Positions 8,460-16,650 of a DNA stretch of 60,229 nucleotides are shown in pieces. Within the stretch, counting starts at the first letter, position 1, and each line of letters starts with the position of its first letter. Below the pieces are notes generated by a model. The model made no database searches. It was not told the DNA's origin and was given only the letters and a program-made list of their open reading frames with translations. This DNA comes from a virus (lineage: Duplodnaviria > Caudoviricetes): positions 1 to 60,229 of the IMG/VR virus record IMGVR_UViG_3300025101_000003. One strand, 5' to 3'. Position numbers and translations under genes: made by a program.

Positions 8460-8744
8460 GTGGCAGACAGAAAAGGTGACAGGGTACGCAAGGCAAGGAG
8501 GGGCAAGAAGACTCCTGCTTGGACTCGCAAAGAAGGACAAAACCCAGAGGGTGGCCTGAATGCAAAGGGTCGTGCTTCATATAATAAGGAGACTGGTGGG
8601 AATCTAAAGAGACCTCAACCTGAAGGTGGCAAGCGAAGAGATAGTTACTGTGCTCGGTCTGCCGGTCAGATGAAGATGTTCCCTAAGGCAGCTAAAGATC
8701 CGAACAGTCGTTTGCGCAAAGCAAGAAGGAAGTGGAGATGCTGA
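8460..8744 (+). CDS. Small basic phage protein (DUF6321-like)
   Basis: PAWTRKEGQNPEGGLNAKGRASY...RRDSYCAR...DPNSR..W.C. Confidence 0.75.
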   Translation: MADRKGDRVRKARRGKKTPAWTRKEGQNPEGGLNAKGRASYNKETGGNLKRPQPEGGKRRDSYCARSAGQMKMFPKAAKDPNSRLRKARRKWRC

Positions 8745-8920
8745 TGGCTAAGAGTAAAGTCAATGAGGCTGGTAACTATACCAAGCCTGGGATGAGAAAG
8801 AAATTATTTAATAGCATTAAGGGCCGTGCTACTCACGGCACTGCTGCTGGTCAGTGGAGTGCTCGCAAGGCACAGTTGTTAGCAAAGCTCTATAAAGAAA
8901 AGGGTGGGGGTTACACTTAA
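8744..8920 (+). CDS. Small basic protein, N-terminal half of a DUF5872-like family
   Basis: YTKP...GQWSARKAQLLA..Y...GGGY. Confidence 0.7.
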   Translation: MAKSKVNEAGNYTKPGMRKKLFNSIKGRATHGTAAGQWSARKAQLLAKLYKEKGGGYT

Positions 8921-9171
8921 TGGGTGTGCTGTCCGGGCTAAGAAAAAGCCAGAAGTCCTTAAAGGATTGGGGGAAGCAGAAGTGGCAGACTAAGAGTGGG
9001 AAGAAGTCTAGCGACACAGGGGAGAGATACCTACCGAAGAAAGCAATCGAGTCTCTGAGTGACAATGAGTACGCAGCTACCACTCGTGCTAAGAGAGAAG
9101 GCAAATCAAAAGGCAAACAGTTCGTAAGGCAGCCTAAGGGGATAGCAAAAAAGACAGCGAGGTACAGATGA
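8920..9171 (+). CDS. Small basic protein, C-terminal half of a DUF5872-like family
   Basis: QKSLKDW.KQKW.TKSG...ERYLPKKA...KQFV.QP. Confidence 0.7.
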   Translation: MGVLSGLRKSQKSLKDWGKQKWQTKSGKKSSDTGERYLPKKAIESLSDNEYAATTRAKREGKSKGKQFVRQPKGIAKKTARYR

Positions 9172-9350
9172 AATCCAGGTCAGTTCTAGGAGGGTTAAGA
9201 AGCAATAACCCTAAGGTTTCAAGGACAGGTTACATGGGAGGAGCGACCCAAGGGCGTGTGCAAAGGGGTCCTGCTAACACAGTAGGCCGCTTTCAAAGAG
9301 GTGGTGGGGGTAGGGCTCAGCGCAACTCTCAGTATGGGAGAATGCGATAA
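9168..9350 (+). CDS. Small Arg/Gly-rich protein
   Basis: Translationally coupled on both sides. Confidence 0.6.
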   Translation: MKSRSVLGGLRSNNPKVSRTGYMGGATQGRVQRGPANTVGRFQRGGGGRAQRNSQYGRMR

Positions 9351-9712
9351 TGCCAGAACGACCAGAGCTGAAGGCTAGTAAAGCCGCTGAGTTTATACAA
9401 GACATACAGGTTGCTGTTGAGGCTGCTGCTGCAAAGGCGCATGACGGTTTGACTCTTAAAGAGTTCGGTGAAATTTTCTACGACTTCATGCGAATAACAG
9501 TTGAAGGTTTAGAGTCAGTCCCAGTACCAGGGCCTCTCAAGAAGAGGTGGGCTTTGGATGCAATCACTGCACTGTTTGACGCTATCGCTGACAAGGCTGT
9601 GCCTGTCTACTTCTATCCCGTGTGGCTGATTATCAAACCGTCCGTTCGGTCGCTCTTAATTCATTTCAGTGACGGTGCAATCGAATCTGTTCTTAGACTG
9701 TTGAGGGAATAG
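9350..9712 (+). CDS. Hypothetical protein, possibly holin-like
   Basis: Amphipathic/hydrophobic helices; first gene of the membrane/secreted cluster. Confidence 0.6.
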   Translation: MPERPELKASKAAEFIQDIQVAVEAAAAKAHDGLTLKEFGEIFYDFMRITVEGLESVPVPGPLKKRWALDAITALFDAIADKAVPVYFYPVWLIIKPSVRSLLIHFSDGAIESVLRLLRE

Positions 9713-9969
9713 TGACTTTATTATTAATCGCAGTAGGACTTGCTGTGTTGTTTTGGCCTAGTAAGCAGAAGGGTAAGTCGACAGGGTTTGACTTGTCGGA
9801 TTACGAACTCGACCCACCTCCTGCAGGTGAGTGGCCTTCGTTTCCTGAGTCAATAGGCTGCTTAGCGAATGTTAGAGACAGGCTGGAGAAGACAGAAGAG
9901 CTTAGTTCTATAGAGCTTGAATCGATTGATGTGATAACTCTTGCTCTAGTAAGAGGGAGTGGAAAGTAA
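9712..9969 (+). CDS. Hypothetical membrane-anchored protein
   Basis: N-terminal hydrophobic LLLIAVGLAVLFW. Confidence 0.65.
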   Translation: MTLLLIAVGLAVLFWPSKQKGKSTGFDLSDYELDPPPAGEWPSFPESIGCLANVRDRLEKTEELSSIELESIDVITLALVRGSGK

Positions 9970-10415
9970 TGAGGCGTCTCATTGGTATTGCTGTGCTGAT
10001 TGCTGCGTGTGTGATCGCTTATGTTGAGTATCAAACAGCTGCCCCTTCCCCTGCTCCGGTTGAGAACGACATACCTTTGAAGGGGCTGTTTATTGGACCC
10101 ACTGCAGGTGAAGACGCTTTGCTAATGGCTGCGTTGTGCGAAGAAGTTGCTTCAGAGATTGAGTGGGATGGCATGCAAGAAGATCCTGTGTTGAATACAG
10201 GTGTGCAGTATGATCTGTTGAGAGTCAGGGCTCGCAATCTTTTTCTCCGTGGAGACAGCATCGGCGAACGACAGCCCCATGTGGCTGATGCAGTTGGAGA
10301 ATACTTAACGAACAAGCTCGGCGTGTCTGGTGGTCCGGTGACTCCAGAGCAACGTGCGAAATGGGTGACGGCGTATAGAGAACTAGCGAGGTCGGCAGAA
10401 TATGCAGCGCGCTAG
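9969..10415 (+). CDS. Hypothetical secreted or membrane-anchored protein
   Basis: MRRLIGIAVLIAACVIAY followed by a Pro-rich linker. Confidence 0.7.
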   Translation: MRRLIGIAVLIAACVIAYVEYQTAAPSPAPVENDIPLKGLFIGPTAGEDALLMAALCEEVASEIEWDGMQEDPVLNTGVQYDLLRVRARNLFLRGDSIGERQPHVADAVGEYLTNKLGVSGGPVTPEQRAKWVTAYRELARSAEYAAR

Positions 10416-11442
10416 GATCTTTGCGATAGCGGCAATCCTTGGGGTTGCCTTGTGTAGTACGTGCTCGGCACCACGCCCAACTGCCGAGGCACTTGGTCTA
10501 GGGTACGATCCAAATCCCGAGGGAACGCAAGCATTCCTTAGTGAATTGGACCAGCCCCTATTCCGAGACGCCGGGAGGGAGGTGATCGAAAAATCTCGTG
10601 GCATTGACACGTTCCTTTATAGGTCAATGTTTCGTGCGCACCAAGCGCGATACAACAAGCCCTGGGTTCCCGGAAACCAAGGCTCTGTAGGCAGCTGTGT
10701 TGGCTGGGGCTTTAGTCAAGCAGCTTACTGTTCATTGTGTGTGGCGTGGTCAGAAGGAGAAGTCCCAGAGCCTCCGTTACTTACCAGTCCCACTAGCTGT
10801 TATGGTGGAAGTAGGGTTGAGGCGCGTGGAAAGCCTGAGGGGACTGGGGGCTACCGAGACGGAAGCTACGGTGGAGCTGCGGCCAAGTGGTTGTCGCAGT
10901 GGGGGCTGATCTTCCGGGACAATGTTGGCGGACATGACTTGCGGAAGTACTCGGTATCTCGGTGTAAAGACTGGGGCCATTGGGGTAACGGTGGAGAAGG
11001 CGACGAAGGTAAGCTGGACTCTATTGCCAAGCGGCACCCAGCTCTGCATGTTGCCCTAGTCACAAACTTTGATGAAGCCGCTGCAGCTATAGAGTCAGGT
11101 TTCTGTGTGGCTATATGCTCTGGTGTAGGTTTCAACCGCACTCGTAATGCTGATGGGTGGTGTGAACGAAAAGGCAGCTGGGCTCATTGCATGTATGCAG
11201 CAGCTGTGCGATACAAAAAGAATGGGAGCAGCCATGACGGACTGCTAATTATTAATTCGTGGGGGGATTATGTGAACGGAGGCAAGTTCCCCGACGATCA
11301 GCCGGACGGTTCTTTCTGGGCAAAGCGTGACGTGGTGGACTCGATGCTCGGTACTTGGCGCGATTCGTTCGCGATTGGTTCAGTTCAAGGATTCCCTTAT
11401 CGAGACCTTCATCATGGAGATTGGTTGGATGCAAGTCAGTAA
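10402..11442 (+). CDS. Secreted papain-like (C1 family) cysteine peptidase
   Basis: Signal peptide; NQGSVGSCVGWG (Gln/Cys), WAHCM (His), IINSWG (Asn), DGSFW. Confidence 0.85.
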   Translation: MQRARIFAIAAILGVALCSTCSAPRPTAEALGLGYDPNPEGTQAFLSELDQPLFRDAGREVIEKSRGIDTFLYRSMFRAHQARYNKPWVPGNQGSVGSCVGWGFSQAAYCSLCVAWSEGEVPEPPLLTSPTSCYGGSRVEARGKPEGTGGYRDGSYGGAAAKWLSQWGLIFRDNVGGHDLRKYSVSRCKDWGHWGNGGEGDEGKLDSIAKRHPALHVALVTNFDEAAAAIESGFCVAICSGVGFNRTRNADGWCERKGSWAHCMYAAAVRYKKNGSSHDGLLIINSWGDYVNGGKFPDDQPDGSFWAKRDVVDSMLGTWRDSFAIGSVQGFPYRDLHHGDWLDASQ

Positions 11443-11674
11443 GAAACAATTAATACTAGGGGTCTTCCTAGTCTTTGCAATCGGTTACGGCGCGTGCTCT
11501 TATGTGGAGTATAAAAAGAATGACCGGCCAGTTCTTACATTCATTATGAAGGCAGCTCGCATGGGGTTGTGGGTCATGATGTTTGCAGAACCTCCAGATG
11601 TTTTTGATAAGAATACAGTCGGTGCATCTCCTGCATCGGACGCTCCGTATTTGGATCACTCAAGGAGCCTTTAA
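11429..11674 (+). CDS. Small membrane protein
   Basis: MQVSKKQLILGVFLVFAIGYG; second hydrophobic stretch RPVLTFIMKAARMGLWVMMF. Confidence 0.65.
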   Translation: MQVSKKQLILGVFLVFAIGYGACSYVEYKKNDRPVLTFIMKAARMGLWVMMFAEPPDVFDKNTVGASPASDAPYLDHSRSL

Positions 11675-11934
11675 TGTGGAAGTATATTCTTGGCTTATTA
11701 GCCACATTGTCTGCTGACCCTAGCCAAAGAGATGACATGCGGCACGACGCTATCGTTGCTGTATCAGTAGCTCGAGCAAGCCTAGAGCGAGTAAAGATAA
11801 GAGAGGAAGAAGAGGAGGAAGAGGAACTTCCTGAAGAAATTGCCCCCGAACAGGACGTATCTACACAAAAAAAGGCAGAGACCCCAGCCTGTCCTGATGG
11901 CAAATGCAACGTGGTCATTCGACGCAGACGTTGA
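11674..11934 (+). CDS. Small secreted protein with a C-terminal CPDGKC motif
   Basis: Signal-like N-terminus, poly-Glu tract, CPDGKC. Confidence 0.65.
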   Translation: MWKYILGLLATLSADPSQRDDMRHDAIVAVSVARASLERVKIREEEEEEEELPEEIAPEQDVSTQKKAETPACPDGKCNVVIRRRR

Positions 11935-12022
11935 CTTACCAAGGACAAACCAGGGTCTCCCGATTGTGTTTCCCTATTAGTGTGATGCGTAATAAAATCA
12001 GCTACCTACGGGGGGTAGATAG

Positions 12023-12544
12023 GTGAAACGTCTTACAAAAAAACAAAGACGTCTAGCTGAAGATGCGCTTGAGATTGTCCCGAAAGCAATCCACGGTTTT
12101 TGCAAAGCTTATCCAGGTATCCGAAGAAAGCTTGCGCGCATCGACGCAGTTGAGGTAGCTAACCTCGCAGTTGTCAAGGCAGCTAAGACGTACGACAAAA
12201 GCAAGAGTAAAGTCACCACGTATTTCACGATGGCGATCTTCAACTCGTTGCTTAAGGAACTCGCACGGGAACAGCGACGAGGATGTGATGGTCCCGGGCG
12301 GGTCCCGCTTGAGTTCCTAGATTGCGATGAAACCATTGACCTTCGGTCTCGTGATGTACGAAACGCAATGTCTTCGATACCCGACGAGTCTCGGAGACTG
12401 CTTCACAGCAGGTACTTTCACGGTAAGACGCTTGAAGAAATGGCTGGTGAGTTTGGCATTGACCGTCGCACTGTAAGGCGAAGGTTGGAGATTGCTGTTA
12501 CCCAGTTATCATCCGCTTGGGATAACCTCGCTCCCTTGCGATGA
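12023..12544 (+). CDS. Phage-encoded sigma-70-family factor (regions 2 and 4)
   Basis: LAVVKAAKTYD..VTTYF..I.N.L (region 2); RYFHGKTLEEMAGEFGIDRRTVRR (region 4 HTH). Confidence 0.85.
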   Translation: MKRLTKKQRRLAEDALEIVPKAIHGFCKAYPGIRRKLARIDAVEVANLAVVKAAKTYDKSKSKVTTYFTMAIFNSLLKELAREQRRGCDGPGRVPLEFLDCDETIDLRSRDVRNAMSSIPDESRRLLHSRYFHGKTLEEMAGEFGIDRRTVRRRLEIAVTQLSSAWDNLAPLR

Positions 12545-13205
12545 GAGCTCGGCGGATTGTGTTCCGATTCCAGAAGCGACCATTAGTCCTTTTGATCCTG
12601 CGACTTCTTTGCTCTAGCTTCTCGTACGACAGGTGCTCTGACATACGCTTATCTCGTATGCTGCTGATCTGCTTGCGTTCTTCTTCGTCGGGAACAAAGT
12701 AGCCGTGACCGTTAGATCCTATCTTCTTCCATCCGTATGGCACGTAGGGTCCGTATGGTTTACCTTCAGCCTTTAGTTCTTGCATGGCAACTGAAGTACG
12801 AGCACCACCGACATCTCGTTCTAGTTCAGCAAAGACTGTCTGCGTTCTACTGAATGCCTTGCCGTAGGGATTCTCGAAGTCAATGTCTTGGTCAACACAC
12901 TTAAACGTAATCCCTTTTGCTTGAAACATCTTGACAGTCTTGATGCTGTCTTCGAGATCACGAAACGCTCTGTCTAGTTTAGACACAACAACGTAGTCTC
13001 CGGGCTGAGCTAAGAAGTAGATGCCTCTAGCTTCTGGTCTCTCAGAGAATGACTTGCCACCTGACACAGCTGCATCATAGCTCCAGCTAAACTCAACGTC
13101 ATCTCCGAATGTTCGCTTCGCGTACTCAGATACGGATTGCTGTTGGGCTCGTTCAGTAATATCTTGATCGTCTGTTGAGTGACGACCGTATCCCCATACT
13201 TTCAT
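12498..13205 (-). CDS. Serine recombinase (resolvase/invertase family) with a short recombinase-like C-terminal domain
   Basis: YGRHSTDDQ (catalytic Ser), D.AVSG, RP, VVSKLDRAFR, AELER; PYGW...W...TIRR; GAGGAGG RBS. Confidence 0.92.
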   Translation of the reverse strand: MKVWGYGRHSTDDQDITERAQQQSVSEYAKRTFGDDVEFSWSYDAAVSGGKSFSERPEARGIYFLAQPGDYVVVSKLDRAFRDLEDSIKTVKMFQAKGITFKCVDQDIDFENPYGKAFSRTQTVFAELERDVGGARTSVAMQELKAEGKPYGPYVPYGWKKIGSNGHGYFVPDEEERKQISSIRDKRMSEHLSYEKLEQRSRRIKRTNGRFWNRNTIRRALIARERGYPKRMITG

Positions 13206-13369
13206 ATCACCTCCTCTTCTACTTCGGTATGTCCGTACTCCCAGTCAAGGTCGTTTAACTTTCCGGTGCCGTCCCGCAAGTCAACGCTTAGTTCGCATAG
13301 CACCTCAGCTAAGTCTACATCATTTGCTACCCGGAATTTTACCGTGATCTCTTGATGAACTACTTTCAT
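13202..13369 (-). CDS. Small hypothetical protein (55 aa, MKVVHQEITV...)
   Basis: ATGA overlaps at both ends; below the ORF-track cutoff. Confidence 0.6.
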   Translation of the reverse strand: MKVVHQEITVKFRVANDVDLAEVLCELSVDLRDGTGKLNDLDWEYGHTEVEEEVI

Positions 13370-13719
13370 TCTGTCACTTTCTCCTCTCTAAAGAATACAT
13401 TCCGGATTGCTTTTACTGCTGCTTTTAGTCTTGTTGACGTCAGGTAGTAGTCCTCTTCCACACTGAACATGGTCTTTCGATGATGACAGTAGTGTTTTAT
13501 GGTGAAGTTTAATGCGTCCAAGACTTCTGCTGCAATCTCCTTCTGTAGGTACAGGGTACCGGCCTCTAGTTCCGGGTCGTAACAATCATCACACAGGAAC
13601 CGATGTCCATCGGGGGAGTTGATGTCGCATCGTTGCGGGATGTCTTCTCCGCAACCGTCGCATGGAATTTCGTCACCCTCGTACGGAGAGTTATGGTCAT
13701 TGCTACACGAGTTCGTCAT
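13366..13719 (-). CDS. Hypothetical protein with a CxxC...CxxC zinc ribbon
   Basis: CDGC, CDDC; AGGAG RBS before ATG 13719. Confidence 0.7.
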   Translation of the reverse strand: MTNSCSNDHNSPYEGDEIPCDGCGEDIPQRCDINSPDGHRFLCDDCYDPELEAGTLYLQKEIAAEVLDALNFTIKHYCHHRKTMFSVEEDYYLTSTRLKAAVKAIRNVFFREEKVTE

Positions 13720-13846
13720 TGGCTTGATCTCCTGCTGCTTCGTCGTTAGGGAAAACATTACACTCATCACACTTCTCTATAGTCCATCGTGATAGATTGA
13801 TATTAAACGTCAGTAGCCATCCTTTGTTATTGCAAGGTTCACACAT
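13703..13846 (-). CDS. Small Cys-containing protein
   Basis: CEPC...CDEC; AAGGAG RBS. Confidence 0.6.
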   Translation of the reverse strand: MCEPCNNKGWLLTFNINLSRWTIEKCDECNVFPNDEAAGDQANDELV

Positions 13847-14144
13847 TGTCGTCTCCTTCTTCGAGGCTTGCGAGGTGAGCGTCATGCTGGACTTGCCATG
13901 CGTATGCAAGACGCTCTTTCAGCGCAGAGAAAGAGTCCCTGCCTGTCATACGCTTTAGCTTTAACCCCAATTCGATTCCAATTCCTTCAAAGAAGTCCAA
14001 CCGCTTTTCCCACCAGACAGAAGTGTCTTCGCAATCATGCGCTTGCTTGACCGTATCGGTATAGAAGTTAAGGGCGAACATGATAGCGTCCACTTCTTCA
14101 GGAAGCAGGTTGTATTCTATTCTTGTTGGTTCTAAGTCTGACAT
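13839..14144 (-). CDS. Hypothetical early protein
   Basis: GGAG RBS before ATG 14144, just downstream of a terminator. Confidence 0.65.
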   Translation of the reverse strand: MSDLEPTRIEYNLLPEEVDAIMFALNFYTDTVKQAHDCEDTSVWWEKRLDFFEGIGIELGLKLKRMTGRDSFSALKERLAYAWQVQHDAHLASLEEGDDNV

Positions 14145-14156
14145 GTAGTCTCCAAA

Positions 14157-14195
14157 TAAAAAAGCGAGGGGCGCAGCACAATGGCCGCGCCCCTC
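14157..14195 (-). terminator. Rho-independent terminator
   Basis: GAGGGGCGCGGC-loop-GCTGCGCCCCTC followed by GCTTTTTTA on the minus strand. Confidence 0.8.
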
Positions 14196-14205
14196 TAGGT
14201 GTGGA

Positions 14206-14526
14206 TTAGTTATGGTGAGCACCAAGGTTGGTGCGATCAATCTTCGGTCCGATCAAGTCTGATGCAGCACGTAAGGCACGGAAGTTGTGGTGCCGTGTGT
14301 CCTCTACGTACCCAGTCTCGTACAGATGCCTGATGCTAGCAAGAGAGTACATGAAAGCAGTTAGTACTAGCGGGACGATCTCTTTTGTTTTCGCTTCCCG
14401 TTCAGACTTTTCTGCCCAAGTACCCTTTAGCTTTTCGTAGTGTGCTTTGAGGATCTCTGGTCCAAGCTCTGGGCCGTCACCGTACTCGTCGAACACGGCT
14501 CGGCTAGTGCTGGGCAAAGTCGACAC
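14206..14526 (-). CDS. Hypothetical protein
   Basis: Open frame coupled to the GATase gene. Confidence 0.6.
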   Translation of the reverse strand: MSTLPSTSRAVFDEYGDGPELGPEILKAHYEKLKGTWAEKSEREAKTKEIVPLVLTAFMYSLASIRHLYETGYVEDTRHHNFRALRAASDLIGPKIDRTNLGAHHN

Positions 14527-15556
14527 CCCCTAACTTGAAAGGATTGTCGTCTATCTGGTCACACAGGTGGCAGTACAGAACCTCTGCGGCTTCCGGGTCC
14601 CAGTTGACAAGTTCCTCAAGGGTTGCGAGGGGCAGTCCATTCGTTGCTAGGCACTGCACTGCCTCGTAGTCTGATGCTGACAAGTCCTTGAACGCTGCCA
14701 GTATTGGGTCGTCTGCATCAAGAGCCATCATGTCTCTGTCGTTCTCGTCAAGATGCGATGAGTCGTTGTACTGCTTCCTGTCGTTCTCCCGCCACAGCTT
14801 CTCGTGCTCATCAGCATCTGCTTGAGCCTGTTCATCAATCTCCTGAACGTGGCTCGTGTACTTGTTAGTGGACTTGTAGTAATCATCGAGGTAGGGGTTG
14901 CTTTCCTGGTGACCACTAGAGACGCCAACTCCTGTGGTAGTTGTGCCTCGGAAGTTCAACCAGTTGTTGGAGGCTGACGTCACCTTCTTAGGCTTGCCCG
15001 TGTACCGGCTGTAGCTGGTGTAGCTGTAGTTGCTGTACCAGTGCTTGTCTGGTGCTCGGTGTCCTAGATCTGAGTTCCAGATAGTGTGCTCGCCTGTTGA
15101 TTTGAGGAACACCATCTTGTTTCCGTTGCCAAGGAACTGCTCGCCAAGAAACGAACTGCCATGATTCCAAGGGAAGTTGCAGTCACCCTCACACATTGGA
15201 CGAAGCACCTGTGTTACGAAGTGCCATGTGTCGGACATCTTCTTGTTGATGTTGAGTTCTATGTCAAGTATGCCGTTGTGAATAACACACAAGTCTTCGG
15301 TAACTGCAAACGGATGACAGTTCTTGTCGTTGATCTCACCGCTTGTCCTGATCCTGAAGTGTACTAAAGCAGGGTATGCTCGGTACCTCTGGAACTTCTT
15401 CTTGAAATTATTGAACGACGTTGTGCCCTTCTGTGTGATGAGCTTGCCGTCCTTTGCTACAGCGAAACCCCAACCGTCTGGGTTAGACTTGAAGGCTCGC
15501 TTGTACGCGGCCCAGTCAGGCTGGGTCTTGCGTGGTTTGAATATTGCGATGCACAT
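14504..15556 (-). CDS. Class II (Ntn) glutamine amidotransferase
   Basis: Start MCIAIFKP (Cys2 nucleophile), NPDGWG, HFRIRTSG, NCHPF, HNGI, SDT; TAATG coupling. Confidence 0.92.
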   Translation of the reverse strand: MCIAIFKPRKTQPDWAAYKRAFKSNPDGWGFAVAKDGKLITQKGTTSFNNFKKKFQRYRAYPALVHFRIRTSGEINDKNCHPFAVTEDLCVIHNGILDIELNINKKMSDTWHFVTQVLRPMCEGDCNFPWNHGSSFLGEQFLGNGNKMVFLKSTGEHTIWNSDLGHRAPDKHWYSNYSYTSYSRYTGKPKKVTSASNNWLNFRGTTTTGVGVSSGHQESNPYLDDYYKSTNKYTSHVQEIDEQAQADADEHEKLWRENDRKQYNDSSHLDENDRDMMALDADDPILAAFKDLSASDYEAVQCLATNGLPLATLEELVNWDPEAAEVLYCHLCDQIDDNPFKLGGVDFAQH

Positions 15557-16650
15557 TAGGCACCCCTTTCTGCTGTTCGAGTGTAAGAGCGGGAGATATC
15601 TACGAATGATCTGCCGCTTGGGACACTTGCCCCATTTGATCCCATCATGAATGAGTGTCGCATGGGTGATGCCTTCGCTACATCTAAGAACCATCTGCGA
15701 AGGAACGGATACTTGTGGTGATTCTCTCCGACGAACCATCCGTACGTTTTGTCGGAAGTATCGTCCAGCATATACAAAGGAGTTTCCTCCATGAGGTCGA
15801 TGATAGACTCAACGACTTCGATGTTGCGGAGAAGCATCAACGGGTTGAGAGATGAGCGAAAGCCCCTGAACTCAACAAGTGATCTTGGCTTGACGCGAAG
15901 CTGAGAATACTTCTCGTACCCAAGCATGTTGTCAAGCTCCTCTTCGTCGTAGTCTGAGTCCCCGCTGAAAGCACGACGTATGCTGTCGTACGCTTTGATG
16001 TCACTGCCGTACAACTTCCACGCACGCTCTCCGTTTACCATCGCTCGTCTCTTCAGGCGAACACTCCGAGTGTTGCAGTAGTTGGTTGGCTCACGCAAGA
16101 ACAGCGTCTTGTGCATACCGTAACGAGCGATATGGTTGATCCAGTACAAAGTCTTGCACCATGTCAACCGAGAAGCACTCCTGTCAGAGACAGTAACGTG
16201 CATGCCGCAGGACCTGTTAGTCCAAGCACCACCTGTCGGAAACCAACGACGACGGTTGCCTACCATCGACCGAAGTGCATGCCGGTAGGTAGTTGGAACC
16301 GTGTTCGCCTTGTGCTGCTTGCGGCTGAACAACCAGTGATAGAGCGTGTGCTCTGTCTTGGTAAGCGGCACGGTCTTGAGCTCTGCACTCGGCCCACTGC
16401 GAGCCCTGATTGAACCGTCATCGGTGGGCAGGTAGTAGGCGTCAGCAATCTTCACGCCTAGCAACTCGTCCTGAAGCCAGTTCCATATTGAGTCAGCTTC
16501 TTCAGCCTCGTACTCATCGAAGTTATCCATCTCAACCTCGATCCCGTACAGTCTGTTGCTGCTTGTTTGAGACTGCCGCAACCTATGTCTTCTGTCATAG
16601 TTCAGATGACTAAGGGGACAGCAGTCGTATCCGTGGATATCAGTCGGCAT
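15556..16650 (-). CDS. Amidoligase (COOH-NH2 ligase, glutamine synthetase-like fold), copy 2
   Basis: YGIEVE, DDGSI, AELKT.P, SCGMHV, VEFR; GGAGG RBS before ATG 16650. Confidence 0.85.
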   Translation of the reverse strand: MPTDIHGYDCCPLSHLNYDRRHRLRQSQTSSNRLYGIEVEMDNFDEYEAEEADSIWNWLQDELLGVKIADAYYLPTDDGSIRARSGPSAELKTVPLTKTEHTLYHWLFSRKQHKANTVPTTYRHALRSMVGNRRRWFPTGGAWTNRSCGMHVTVSDRSASRLTWCKTLYWINHIARYGMHKTLFLREPTNYCNTRSVRLKRRAMVNGERAWKLYGSDIKAYDSIRRAFSGDSDYDEEELDNMLGYEKYSQLRVKPRSLVEFRGFRSSLNPLMLLRNIEVVESIIDLMEETPLYMLDDTSDKTYGWFVGENHHKYPFLRRWFLDVAKASPMRHSFMMGSNGASVPSGRSFVDISRSYTRTAERGA

